64,000 nucleotides of DNA from Butyricicoccaceae bacterium. Lineage in GTDB: Bacteria > Bacillota > Clostridia > Lachnospirales > Lachnospiraceae. The notes under the pieces were generated by a model. The model did not search any database. It was not told the DNA's origin and was given only the letters and a program-made list of their open reading frames with translations. Below, piece after piece: positions 30,049 through 40,323 of the stretch. Location of the stretch: assembly GCA_963659815.1 (NCBI GenBank), contig CAVKUW010000115.1, forward strand, positions 22,193 through 86,192, given 5' to 3'. The position numbers and the translations under genes are program-made. The first letter of the stretch is position 1. The number at the start of each line of letters is the position of its first letter.

Positions 30049-33000
30049 ATGCCAGATGAAAAAGATTTATTACAGGAAAATAACCAACAGCATCAGGAAA
30101 TACAGGCTTTTCAGCAGGAACAAGACCAGCAGCTTCAGAGAAGCCGTAGCATGGAGGAGCAGTCTTATCAGCAAATAAACCAGGATTCTCAGGACCAGAT
30201 GATTCTGAGAAGAGCAAATTCTGTTCACATGGATGAAAGAAACAGAGAGGAACGTCTGCGCAAAAATGTGAAGGAACGTAAGATTAACCAGATTATTGAG
30301 AATGCACATGTGCAGGGAGATGGCGATAGTGATCTTATGATTAAGGTCAAGGAAACGGTGCGTGCATGTAATATTCTGGTTTACAGAGAACTGGAATCAG
30401 ACAGGGCAGAAGAACAGCTTGATGAAATTGAAAGAAGTTACATGAATGTAATAGCTGCCTGTCATGATTATTGCGATCACAGAAATTCAATCTTTGACCG
30501 GGGAAAGAAGAGAAAGATGGCCGTTGAGAATACTCTGCAGCTGTTTCAAAAGGAGCTGTCAGTAATTCCAAAGCTGAGAGAAATGAATAAAACAGGACAG
30601 CTTCAGCAGTTGAGAGATGAAAATATTAATACTGTTGTAGATTTAATATCGAAAATTAGCTTAGATATGGAAAATGCAGAAAAAAAACAGAAAAACAAGA
30701 AACAGGAAGAACCGTTAGATCCGTTGCAAAAGCTGACTTATAATGATTTGGAAAAATTATTTATGGGAGGATGGAAGGATGAACTGGCGTATAGAAATAA
30801 TAAAATTATAGTTATCCGAAAGGGATTAGGAAAGAATAGCCGGAAGCTGGCAAAAAGTGCTGATAACATGGCAATGATTAAGCGTTTTGCAGAACTCCTG
30901 GCAGACAAGGAGAGTGAAATCTTTGGATATGATGAAGATCAAAGAGCCGAGGCATATAAAAATAAGATATTGAAGATGAAATCAGGCCAGGATTATGAGC
31001 AGAGTGAACCTGTTCTTGTTCGAGAACTCCAGGGTATGGTGAAAGGCTTCTCAAAGATGGGATCAGAGACGGAACGGATGGCTAAAGAGGGAAAGGATAT
31101 ACCTGCTGAAAAACATGCATATGCTGTGGCAATTAAGTCCAGACTTTCTCAGAAGGTTGATACAAGATCATTTGCAATAGAAGAAGAGAATATCAGAAAA
31201 CAGCTGAAGACAATCCTGAAGACAGCGAGAAAGAATAATGTAAAAATACCGGACATATCAGATAAAGAACTCAATATACTGTCGGTTGGACAATATTACA
31301 GAGTTCAGGACAGAACCTTGCACTGTCTGCTCAATATACAAAAAGCAATAACGAATCTAAATGGAGGAAAAAAAGCTCCTTATGTCGGTTTGGCAGAAGA
31401 CAAGACGCTTATAAATAATTTATTGGCATACAATATAGTAGTGCAGGCTGCGGATAGTGAAGGAGCCGAAGTGGCTGCTAAAAGTGCATTATCCAGATAT
31501 ATGACAGATATTGCATTTAAGTATTGTGGAAATCAGGGGATCGGACAGGCATTTGAGCGTACACGCCTGGGAAGCCTGATTATGGCTGGTGATACAGGCT
31601 TAAGTGAGTTAGTGATAGAGAACCTGGGTAGAAAGAAAAACTGGACCGGGAAAACGAGTCAGGTAATGAAAGGAATGAAGGATTTCCAGACTGTCTGCAG
31701 GGAAATGGTAAATTTGTCAGATCTCCAAAAGAAGGCTGTCAATAAGGGACTGTCTGCAGAGGAGGCAGAATCTCTAAGGAATATTGCACAAAAGCTTGAC
31801 AAAAGCATCACAGATGATTGGGAGAATATCCGTCTGGTAGCAAGGGAGCTTAAGGGTACAAGATTTTATCATGGTTACGAGGCTCTCAAGGAATTGAAGA
31901 GCCGGAAGGACTTCAGCTTTATCACAGATGTGTCCAAGATAGCAGAAGCTACACTCATAGGGAATCCGCAGGAGGAGCAAAGACAGACAGAGCTGGAAAA
32001 AAAGAAAATTGCAGAAGAATGGCTGATAGTAGAGGAAGAACAAAAGCTGGCTATTGCAGACAAGGCATTATATCAGGAGGCGGAGCAGGCAGTTTCCCGT
32101 CTCTCCGGAAACGAGAAGAAGATAGCCCAAATATTTACACTTAAGAATAATCCTTCTGATTTTATTAGGAAAGCAGGAGATGAAGGTGCAAAGGATGCAA
32201 CCAACCTCTACACTGCTTTGCGCGATCTATCCACAAATGCAATAGAAAACCGAAAGGTTATATTTGCAGGTACAGAAGTGAATATATCTGTAAATAAAAA
32301 CGGACAGATCCAGGTGCAGACCGGAAAAGAAACATTACATACTCCGTATTCGGCAAAATATTTCTTTAAGAGAATTGAATTGGATGCCAGCAATCATGTA
32401 GATAAATATGGTCTTGATGCTAATAAGGTTATCCTGATGGATACGATGGAGGAACAACAGCCAGAGGATCGGAAAAAAAGAGGTTTTGATCGAAGAATTT
32501 ACCTGAACATCCTTCGTAGCAAGCTTAAGATGGAGGCTCATGAATTCAGAAATGTAACAAGCTATTATCTGGCTGAGTATGCGAAGGCTGCACTTATGGG
32601 AGTAAAGGCTGATGAGCTGCGTATATTGATGGATGAACACGAAAAGAAGCTTGCGAAGCAGCCAATGCTGAATGAGCAGGATACGCTGGAGGTTATTCAG
32701 GCGATTGAACAGCGCAAAAAGGAGAAAAAACAAAAAGCGGATGATGAACGTGTGGTTATATCGGAAAAACATCAAGAGGATGATTATCCGGACGAAATAA
32801 AATGGAAGCCGGAAGAAGAAAAAATCAAAACACTGTTTGCGGATATTCTTTTTACCAGAGAGAGCTGGACGCAGGATCTGCAGCAAAAGACACCGGGCGA
32901 GCGCCTTCGTGAAGCACTATATAAAAATATTGACACCATACGGATGATTATGGATGATCCCGCAATCATAAGCAATACGTTTGCCAAGCTTAAAATGCCG

Positions 33001-36000
33001 GGAATGGAAAATGCGGCAGAGCAGATACAGGAAAGTCTGGAAGAGTTTACCGCGAACATAAAGGAATTAAGGAAATTAAGTGACTGGCTGGCAGATACGG
33101 CTCTAGAGTTAATTCTTAAAGGAGAAGATTTAAATGAACTGCCTAGTCTCAGTACATGGGATAAAATTAAATTCAAGGCTCAGATTGTTCTGGTAAATGC
33201 AAAGTTAAAAGCCGACTTTGAAGAGAAAAAGGCAGAATATGAAGAGAGAAAGGCAAATGGAGAAGAGATAGAAGAGGAGCCGCCGAAGTACGAAACCTTT
33301 GAGGAGATAGTTACAAAGAAGCAGAAGGATGCCTTTGAAGATATGGATAAACAACTAGACGACAAGGTAGGTGAGATAGTAGACGTAATCCAGAACAGTG
33401 TAACGAGTGCCGTGAAAAATGTTTTCGATGATAAGGAAGGTGAACAGGTGTCTCTGCCGGGAAAATCACTGGAGGATATTCTCAAGGATAATGTGAAAGG
33501 ACAGGAGGGACAGGGAAAGTTCTTTAAACTGATTCTGACGCAATATTTCTCAAACGCAACAATGAGATCAAAACGTTCCATGCTTGCATCCGCTTTCCGT
33601 GATGTGAAGCCGTCTCAACTGAAAGAGCCTGTAACAGATGAAGAAAAAGAGCAGTTTAATAAGTTTAAGGAGCAAAAAGAAAAGGAGCAGCAGGGAAGCT
33701 TTCTCGGAGGTTTCCTAAAGGGTGCGGGACCTTTGCTGCATAAGATACTCCAGGGTCTTCCTATGGAATCGCTGCCGTTGGAATTGAAAACGGCGGTAGA
33801 GGATATGAAGTCAAATCTGGCTCCTATTGCAGATGAGATTGTAAAAGCCAGAATGGACAGTATGATTGAGAGATCCTATGGCTCCATTGCCAGAATTGAT
33901 GTAGTACGGTCTTTGGGAGCAGCATCAGTAGGACAGGCATTTTTGTGTAAGATATATGGTCCGGCTCTGGATGAAAAGGGTAAGGATGTTGTTATCAAGC
34001 TTCTGCGCCCAAATGTACAAAACCAGATTGCAGAGGAATCCAGATTTATGCTGGAAAAGGCAAAAGAAGTTGATATAACGGGAGGTATGCTGCGTACCTA
34101 CATAGGACAGCTCGAATCCATTGAACGGGAGATGGATCTTCGAAATGAAGCGGAAAATGTAAAGCATGGAGAACTCTACAATAATGGAAGCAATACGGTA
34201 GAATCCATGAAGCTTGTAAATCTGGTTGAACCTGAGGCAAATTCACTGATGCTCGAAAAAGCATCCGGAACAACCGTAGACAAATATCTAAAAGATATAA
34301 AAACTACACGGGAGGATATATTAAAACAGCTAAAGGAGGATAAAATCCAAAAAGGAGATTATGAAACCTTTGAGAAGCTGTGTCTGCTCAGAAAACAGCT
34401 GTTTAAAAGACAGAAGTATATTGTGGAGCTGTCAAAAAAATGGGTAACAGAAGGAATCTATGATTCCGGTTTCTACCATGGTGATCTTCATGCAGGAAAT
34501 ATCATGATAGATGATGAAAAAGCAACTGTTATTGATTTTGGTAATGCAACGCAGGTAACAAAGGCGCAGCAGGAGTGCATTATGCATATGGTATGTGCGG
34601 CGGAGTCGAAAAGTGTGGTAGGATTCCGGGATAATTTCCGTAAGCTCCTTATTATGGCTGCGGAAGAGAAAAAACAGAAGGACGAAGAAGTAAACGGACA
34701 GCAGAATGAGAAATATATCAAGCCGCAATACCGTGATCTGGGGGATAAGTTGAGCAATAATTCGGTGTCAATACTTGAAGATGAGCAGACAAGACGCCAG
34801 TTTGAGGATATGCTGGATATTGTATTCCATAAAGAAGGAGATACCGGAAGCAAAATTGCGGTAGCACTTATGGAAGCTCAAAAGATGGGATTGGAATTGC
34901 CTGCATCTGTGTATAATTTCTCTCAATGTCAGATCCGTCTGAGGAATACGATTCAGGATATGAACAAAGAGATGGAATTGCTGGATAAGGGAATGAAGGA
35001 GTTCCTTCAAAGTAATGAGCAGGATGATATAGGTATAGGCAGACTGCAGACAGAGATTGTAGAAAACATTGATAAAAGAAGCGAATACGAGGAGGATAAG
35101 AAAGATAAGAAAGAACCTGTAAAGATAGACGTGTTGATCAAGGATTTTCTCAGTGAAGATGGTGATTTTAATCAGAAAGAATTCCTGGAAAATCTCAGGG
35201 TGTATGATAATAAATTAGGTACAGTCGGACGTGTGCATAAGATCATTACAAGTAATAATGCATTCAATGAGATGGTTGACACCATGGAAGTGTTTGATGC
35301 AGAGGATAACAAAGAATTGGCAAAGGGACTGCTTGAGTCAATCAAAGGAATGGATGTATTTAAGGAATTACCGCTTTTGATTGACAATTTACCGGAATCA
35401 GTCAAGGATTCCGTACAGAATATCAAGAATAAATTTGATAAAGCCTTTGCAGAGATGGATGCGACGGGATTGCGGGAGGCTATGAATAAGCTTCAGGAGC
35501 TTTGCACTAAACCGGCACTTGGAGAAGAATTGAACGAATTTTTATCGCTGGAGGAACAGGTAAAAAAAGAAAGCGGAGGAAAAAACAAAGCATATTCACA
35601 GAACCAGATAAAGCTTGCAGAGATGGCAAAAAAACATTATCAGAGTACACGTAAAAAAATCAGGCGTATGTTTGTGTCCGGCAATGATGAAGAATTTGCT
35701 GCGTTTGAGAAATCACTTAGAGCTTTCTTTAAGGAAGAAGGGACAGTCGAAAGACTCAAATACAGCCGGGCTCAAGTGTCAATCAAGGCTGAACTGGAAA
35801 GAATCAAAGAGCTGCGGGCAAACAAAACACTTACGGAGGATAGTCCTGAGATAAGTGCGTTTATGAACAAGCTGCAGGAGGGGATTCAGGTAAGTGCAGA
35901 GAATATGCAGGATGCTTTGAATGCAAAGAAAACAGAAACCCCAAAAACCTTCTATGATGCTATGGGAGAGGTTATTGAAAACCGAAAGGTGTCGACGATT

Positions 36001-36537
36001 CTTAAATTGGGCTGGTATGGTATATGGAATTATCAAATTAAGTCTAATGAACAAATGTCTGAGAGTGCGGAACAAGCAATAAAGAAATATGAAAAAGATC
36101 AGAAGCTGAAAGAAAAAAAGAAAGAGGATGCAAAGCTGATAAAGGAAAAAATAAGTGTTCGTATGAAAACTGTGCAATCCGATATACAGGCATTGAATCA
36201 GATAACGAATGATGAGGAGCTTGCTGCAGCCTATGGTGCGGTTAAGCAAAAAATAGTAACCTCAATATCTGAGGATATAAGCAAGCTGAAAAGCCCGAAT
36301 TCTAAGACAATGGCAGTTGTTGGAGATATCGGTGCAATGATGGTTGTAAATAAAGAAAGCTATGATGTTGATCAGATGTTTTCTTTTGCTGAGAGGCTGA
36401 CTGCCATTGTGCGGGAGATAGATAAGGATCTAAGTCAGCTTGGGTGGAATGAGGACTGGGCAAAGAAAGAGACATGGCAGTTGAACGAAGATACGCTCAG
36501 AAGATTGAACGAGACATTGAAGAAGAAAGCACAATAG
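30049..36537 (+). CDS. 2162-aa helical protein with embedded ABC1/UbiB(AarF) atypical kinase domain
   Basis: GPLLHKILQ, LGAASVGQAF, VVIKLLRP, EMDLRNEA, FYHGDLHAGNIMI, IDFG. Confidence 0.85.
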   Translation: MPDEKDLLQENNQQHQEIQAFQQEQDQQLQRSRSMEEQSYQQINQDSQDQMILRRANSVHMDERNREERLRKNVKERKINQIIENAHVQGDGDSDLMIKVKETVRACNILVYRELESDRAEEQLDEIERSYMNVIAACHDYCDHRNSIFDRGKKRKMAVENTLQLFQKELSVIPKLREMNKTGQLQQLRDENINTVVDLISKISLDMENAEKKQKNKKQEEPLDPLQKLTYNDLEKLFMGGWKDELAYRNNKIIVIRKGLGKNSRKLAKSADNMAMIKRFAELLADKESEIFGYDEDQRAEAYKNKILKMKSGQDYEQSEPVLVRELQGMVKGFSKMGSETERMAKEGKDIPAEKHAYAVAIKSRLSQKVDTRSFAIEEENIRKQLKTILKTARKNNVKIPDISDKELNILSVGQYYRVQDRTLHCLLNIQKAITNLNGGKKAPYVGLAEDKTLINNLLAYNIVVQAADSEGAEVAAKSALSRYMTDIAFKYCGNQGIGQAFERTRLGSLIMAGDTGLSELVIENLGRKKNWTGKTSQVMKGMKDFQTVCREMVNLSDLQKKAVNKGLSAEEAESLRNIAQKLDKSITDDWENIRLVARELKGTRFYHGYEALKELKSRKDFSFITDVSKIAEATLIGNPQEEQRQTELEKKKIAEEWLIVEEEQKLAIADKALYQEAEQAVSRLSGNEKKIAQIFTLKNNPSDFIRKAGDEGAKDATNLYTALRDLSTNAIENRKVIFAGTEVNISVNKNGQIQVQTGKETLHTPYSAKYFFKRIELDASNHVDKYGLDANKVILMDTMEEQQPEDRKKRGFDRRIYLNILRSKLKMEAHEFRNVTSYYLAEYAKAALMGVKADELRILMDEHEKKLAKQPMLNEQDTLEVIQAIEQRKKEKKQKADDERVVISEKHQEDDYPDEIKWKPEEEKIKTLFADILFTRESWTQDLQQKTPGERLREALYKNIDTIRMIMDDPAIISNTFAKLKMPGMENAAEQIQESLEEFTANIKELRKLSDWLADTALELILKGEDLNELPSLSTWDKIKFKAQIVLVNAKLKADFEEKKAEYEERKANGEEIEEEPPKYETFEEIVTKKQKDAFEDMDKQLDDKVGEIVDVIQNSVTSAVKNVFDDKEGEQVSLPGKSLEDILKDNVKGQEGQGKFFKLILTQYFSNATMRSKRSMLASAFRDVKPSQLKEPVTDEEKEQFNKFKEQKEKEQQGSFLGGFLKGAGPLLHKILQGLPMESLPLELKTAVEDMKSNLAPIADEIVKARMDSMIERSYGSIARIDVVRSLGAASVGQAFLCKIYGPALDEKGKDVVIKLLRPNVQNQIAEESRFMLEKAKEVDITGGMLRTYIGQLESIEREMDLRNEAENVKHGELYNNGSNTVESMKLVNLVEPEANSLMLEKASGTTVDKYLKDIKTTREDILKQLKEDKIQKGDYETFEKLCLLRKQLFKRQKYIVELSKKWVTEGIYDSGFYHGDLHAGNIMIDDEKATVIDFGNATQVTKAQQECIMHMVCAAESKSVVGFRDNFRKLLIMAAEEKKQKDEEVNGQQNEKYIKPQYRDLGDKLSNNSVSILEDEQTRRQFEDMLDIVFHKEGDTGSKIAVALMEAQKMGLELPASVYNFSQCQIRLRNTIQDMNKEMELLDKGMKEFLQSNEQDDIGIGRLQTEIVENIDKRSEYEEDKKDKKEPVKIDVLIKDFLSEDGDFNQKEFLENLRVYDNKLGTVGRVHKIITSNNAFNEMVDTMEVFDAEDNKELAKGLLESIKGMDVFKELPLLIDNLPESVKDSVQNIKNKFDKAFAEMDATGLREAMNKLQELCTKPALGEELNEFLSLEEQVKKESGGKNKAYSQNQIKLAEMAKKHYQSTRKKIRRMFVSGNDEEFAAFEKSLRAFFKEEGTVERLKYSRAQVSIKAELERIKELRANKTLTEDSPEISAFMNKLQEGIQVSAENMQDALNAKKTETPKTFYDAMGEVIENRKVSTILKLGWYGIWNYQIKSNEQMSESAEQAIKKYEKDQKLKEKKKEDAKLIKEKISVRMKTVQSDIQALNQITNDEELAAAYGAVKQKIVTSISEDISKLKSPNSKTMAVVGDIGAMMVVNKESYDVDQMFSFAERLTAIVREIDKDLSQLGWNEDWAKKETWQLNEDTLRRLNETLKKKAQ

Positions 36538-36558
36538 GATGGGAGTTAGATTAAAGCA

Positions 36559-37389
36559 ATGGATATTATCAGCGTGGATGGCGAAAACGTTACAAATTAC
36601 GCAGCAGTACTTCCGGAGGATGTAGCTGAAAATCTGGAACGGAGCTGTTATCGGGCGATCGGAATGGAGAACGGCAGAGATATTCTGGTTTGGAGGGAAG
36701 CAGGCTGGGATAATCCGGGGCAGGCATTTGTTCTGTGGTTCCGGGCAGAAGACAGGGAGACTGCGGAACAGCTGCTTTTTGAATATGAAAAAAGGATTAA
36801 GGAGGCGGGGGTTCAAAAATCCCTGCTTCGGCTCCCGGAGGATACGACCGATCTTGTGAAATCAACGCTGAAAGAATTTGGATATTTGATAAAGCTGAAG
36901 GAAGAGGGTATACTTACGTTGACACTCAAGGATGTAGTGACTGCAGAGCTTTTAAAGGGAATTCCTCATTCAAACAGAGTGACTGGCATTGGGGAACTAA
37001 GTCTTATACAATTGCGAAAGGGATTGGATGCGTGTTTAAGCTATGGGGAAGCTGCACCGGAGGAAATCCTTGAGCTTCCCCTGACGTGGTTTGAACGGGA
37101 GCTGTCATGCTGTGTTGAGCTTGACAGAAGAGTAGGAGGCTTTTTGCTGATTCACAGGATGCCGTCAGGAGCATTGCTTCCTCAATTTTTCAAAGTCATA
37201 AAACCGGCGATCAGACAGGATTTGTTGGGAATGCTGAAATATGCGGCAGCAAAAGCCGCCGAACGGTATTCCTTGGATACACCAATCTATGTTTTTAGTG
37301 AGAGTCGAGAGATAAGAGCATTTATTGCGAAGCTTTTTCCGGGCAGAAGCTATGTAAAGCAACTAACGGGAAGCAGAGAATATACATAA
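36559..37389 (+). CDS. Degenerate tandem-GNAT-like protein (paralog 2)
   Basis: Shares FERELS..., RYSLDTPIYV and LFPG blocks with paralogs. Confidence 0.6.
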   Translation: MDIISVDGENVTNYAAVLPEDVAENLERSCYRAIGMENGRDILVWREAGWDNPGQAFVLWFRAEDRETAEQLLFEYEKRIKEAGVQKSLLRLPEDTTDLVKSTLKEFGYLIKLKEEGILTLTLKDVVTAELLKGIPHSNRVTGIGELSLIQLRKGLDACLSYGEAAPEEILELPLTWFERELSCCVELDRRVGGFLLIHRMPSGALLPQFFKVIKPAIRQDLLGMLKYAAAKAAERYSLDTPIYVFSESREIRAFIAKLFPGRSYVKQLTGSREYT

Positions 37390-37423
37390 CATAATACAAG
37401 AAAACTGAAGTAAAGACATTTTT

Positions 37424-38383
37424 ATGAGAATAATACGAGTATTAAAACAAGATATAGAGCTTTTTTTGGATATGGATCCTTTGCAGATGACTGACCGGTT
37501 GGAGTTTCCGGATACCTTTGCGCTTGCAGCTGTTTTGGAGGGAAAAAAAGGAGAAGATGATCCGGCAGGGATTATAATCTGCAGGGATAATGGAAAAACT
37601 TTAGAGATTGAGTGGTTATATGTATCCGGTTCCCATAGAAAAGAAGGAATCGGTTCGAGACTTCTTCAAGAAGTTTTTAATATGGCGATTGATAAGGGAT
37701 ATACACAAGTGAGAGCATATCTTACAAATGAGTATGGGCGTGCGTTGATATGTGCAGGTGAAGAAGGATATTTAAAGGAAAGATATTTTCTGGAAACACG
37801 GGAGTTATCCGGTGAATGGAGATTATATATCCGGGACTTTATACGCAAGCATCCGCAGCTGCCACCGGAAAAAGGCCGTGTTCAGGTGCGCTCACTTTGG
37901 GAAATACCATCAATGCAACGAAGAGAGTTGCCGAAGCAGCTGGTATCCATGCAATATGCAGCAAGTCTTTATTCCATCACGGATCAGCTGCATCTTTTTG
38001 ACCCGGAATTGAGCAGAATCCTGTATATAGACGGAAGGCTGGCAGGCGGAATCCTAATACAGGCAGTAACAAGGAAGGATTTGTATATAAAAGGGGAAAG
38101 TCTGATAAGAAAAGAGGAGGTTGTGCTTTATCCCGTATTTATATGTATAGGCTCGACGGAGGGATTAAGGCAACTGCTTTATGAGGCTGTTAATGCAGCG
38201 GCAGGAAAATATACGCCGGATACAGAGGTTCGGGTGATAATGCGTAAAGGGCAATATGCACCTTTGCTGGAACGCATGTTTCCGGGAAGTCGTATTGCCA
38301 ACCATATGCTCACAGCGCAGATAGGGGATTATCTGGAGCAGAGAACAGAACCTGACTTTTTTTTGTTAGTTGAATGGCAGTAA
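37424..38383 (+). CDS. GNAT-family acetyltransferase-like protein (paralog 3)
   Basis: IEWLYVSGSHRKEGIGSRLL motif A. Confidence 0.8.
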   Translation: MRIIRVLKQDIELFLDMDPLQMTDRLEFPDTFALAAVLEGKKGEDDPAGIIICRDNGKTLEIEWLYVSGSHRKEGIGSRLLQEVFNMAIDKGYTQVRAYLTNEYGRALICAGEEGYLKERYFLETRELSGEWRLYIRDFIRKHPQLPPEKGRVQVRSLWEIPSMQRRELPKQLVSMQYAASLYSITDQLHLFDPELSRILYIDGRLAGGILIQAVTRKDLYIKGESLIRKEEVVLYPVFICIGSTEGLRQLLYEAVNAAAGKYTPDTEVRVIMRKGQYAPLLERMFPGSRIANHMLTAQIGDYLEQRTEPDFFLLVEWQ

Positions 38384-38406
38384 CATATACTTTTGTGTTT
38401 TACTAC

Positions 38407-38435
38407 TTGACAAGCTGCCATATATTTGTTATTCT
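38407..38435 (+). promoter_or_regulatory. Sigma-A promoter for tRNA-Ser
   Basis: TTGACA-17-TATTCT with TG extension. Confidence 0.75.
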
Positions 38436-38495
38436 ATCCTAGCGTGTTGACGAGGAACTAAATAACACCGATTGGTATTTGTGTTTTTAGGCATT

Positions 38496-38583
38496 GGAGA
38501 TGTACTCAAGTGGCTGAAGAGGCGCCCCTGCTAAGGGTGTAGGTCGTTTGCGCGGCGCGAGGGTTCAAATCCCTCCATCTCCG
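38496..38583 (+). tRNA. tRNA-Ser(GCT)
   Basis: GGAGATG...CATCTCC-G acceptor, anticodon loop CT-GCT-AA, long variable arm. Confidence 0.95.
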
Positions 38584-38611
38584 TTTGTGGATGAGACGTT
38601 TAAAATAAGTC

Positions 38612-38640
38612 TTGACTTGATTGAAAATATTTCATATAAT
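38612..38640 (+). promoter_or_regulatory. Sigma-A promoter for tRNA-Asn/Cys
   Basis: TTGACT-17-TATAAT. Confidence 0.75.
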
Positions 38641-38705
38641 CTATTTTGCGTTTAGATAGAAATTGATAAATGCGTTATCAGCATTTCCTCGGAATGACGA
38701 TATAT

Positions 38706-38777
38706 TCCTCGATAGCTCAATGGTAGAGCACTCGGCTGTTAACCGAGTTGTTGTAGGTTCGAGCCCTACTCGGGGAG
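38706..38777 (+). tRNA. tRNA-Asn(GTT)
   Basis: TCCTCGA...TCGGGGA-G, anticodon arm CTCGG-CT-GTT-AA-CCGAG. Confidence 0.95.
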
Positions 38778-38843
38778 CTTGATAGTAAGTAGCAAGACTG
38801 CTTGTGAATCAAAAGAATTTTCCGCAAATGGGATCTTCTATAT

Positions 38844-38914
38844 GGCGCGATAGCCAAGTGGTAAGGCAGAGGTCTGCAACACCTTCACCGCCGGTTCAAA
38901 TCCGGCTCGCGCCT
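38844..38914 (+). tRNA. tRNA-Cys(GCA)
   Basis: GGCGCGA...TCGCGCC-T, anticodon loop CT-GCA-AC. Confidence 0.95.
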
Positions 38915-39038
38915 CTTTAAATTCTTGATTTTTCGTAAGTTGAATTAAGGATTTTTTCATATTCATTCATTTAAAGTGCGTATTATTTCTCAATATAGTT
39001 CTAAAGGATGTTATGCTTTTTATATATTAGAGGATTTT

Positions 39039-40178
39039 ATGATGATTCATTTTCAATTTTATATAATTCCAATATTTGCCTGTATATGCTTTCTTGCATG
39101 CATCATTATCGGCAGGATAACACCGATGAAAATGGTTTCAAAATACTTCTTTGTTGCGACGGTTATGATTTTAGTGATTATCCTGTTAGAAGTAGCGGAA
39201 GCTTTTTTTAAGTTACCGAATTACACATACCCAAGCTGGCAGCGTTGGGCTGCTTCTATAATTGCATATATTCTCAGACCTGTAATAGCGTATATTTTGC
39301 TTTTGATTTTGCTACGGGATAAGGAAAAAGGAAAATGGTTTTATCCTGTTATGACATTGCCGCTTGTTGTTAATGCAATATTTTTATTGATTTCCCCATT
39401 CTGTGGTATTGTTTATTATTTTGACAGAGATAATTATTTTGTAAACGGACCTATGAGATTTCTGCCGTTTGTTGTTGGCTTTTTGTATGGGGTTGTTTAT
39501 TTAGTTTTGTTTATTGCAGAAACAAGAAGTAAAGGCTCTTACGAGTGGGTTATTTCGATACTTGTAGCATTTTCCTGCAGTGTATCGGTTTATTTGGAGT
39601 CTGAGTATAATTTGCTTGGTTCACTTCCTATGGCCTGCTTACTTTGCATGATATTTTATTATATCTTTATATACATTGAATATAGTACAAAGGATGTACT
39701 TACCGGTGCTTTGCTACGAAACAGATTTTACGATGATATAAAGTATGACGGCTTCCGATATTTTATTATTTATGATGTGAACGGTTTGAAACATATAAAT
39801 GACGAGTTAGGACATTTATATGGGGATAACGCCCTTAGCAAGTTTGGGCATTGTGTTCTTTCTTCTCTGCCGAAAGGAGCTCGGCTGTATCGTATTGGCG
39901 GTGATGAATTCGCTATTATGTATTCAAAAGCAAAAAAAGAGGATATTGATGCACTCATAAAGGAAATTGGAGAAAAGTTAGATTTAGAGGATATTCCATT
40001 TGGAGTTTCCTGTGGTTATTCGTCCTTTGATAAGGGATGTGATTTTAACAATGCATATAAAAGGGCTGATGAAATGCTTTATAAATGCAAGAACAGTTAT
40101 TGGGCGAATCACACCCCGGATATATTGAAAGAAAAAGATAATAAGTCTGATAATCCAGGCACTTCTTTGAATCCCTGA
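39039..40178 (+). CDS. Membrane-bound GGDEF diguanylate cyclase
   Basis: About 6-7 TM helices; DVNGLKHINDELGHLYGD, YRIGGDEF; RBS GAGGA favours start 39039. Confidence 0.9.
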   Translation: MMIHFQFYIIPIFACICFLACIIIGRITPMKMVSKYFFVATVMILVIILLEVAEAFFKLPNYTYPSWQRWAASIIAYILRPVIAYILLLILLRDKEKGKWFYPVMTLPLVVNAIFLLISPFCGIVYYFDRDNYFVNGPMRFLPFVVGFLYGVVYLVLFIAETRSKGSYEWVISILVAFSCSVSVYLESEYNLLGSLPMACLLCMIFYYIFIYIEYSTKDVLTGALLRNRFYDDIKYDGFRYFIIYDVNGLKHINDELGHLYGDNALSKFGHCVLSSLPKGARLYRIGGDEFAIMYSKAKKEDIDALIKEIGEKLDLEDIPFGVSCGYSSFDKGCDFNNAYKRADEMLYKCKNSYWANHTPDILKEKDNKSDNPGTSLNP

Positions 40179-40204
40179 TACAAGCTGTAGCAGGGATTTT
40201 TTAT
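40171..40204 (+). terminator. Terminator
   Basis: AATCCCTG-A-TACA...TGTA-G-CAGGGATT-TTTT. Confidence 0.7.
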
Positions 40205-40323
40205 TGTGAAATCTCTGTGAAAGCCATTGACGGAGCCTGCCTGCGTGTTAAAATACATGACAATTCGAGAAAGTAAAGAAGAATAATGGATATCAGGCTT
40301 GGATATAGTTAAGGAGGAGACTT

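Noticed and set aside
27060..38495. tRNA-integrated island or prophage
   Set aside because: No integrase, phage genes or duplicated tRNA 3' end seen; the block lies 5' of the tRNA promoter.
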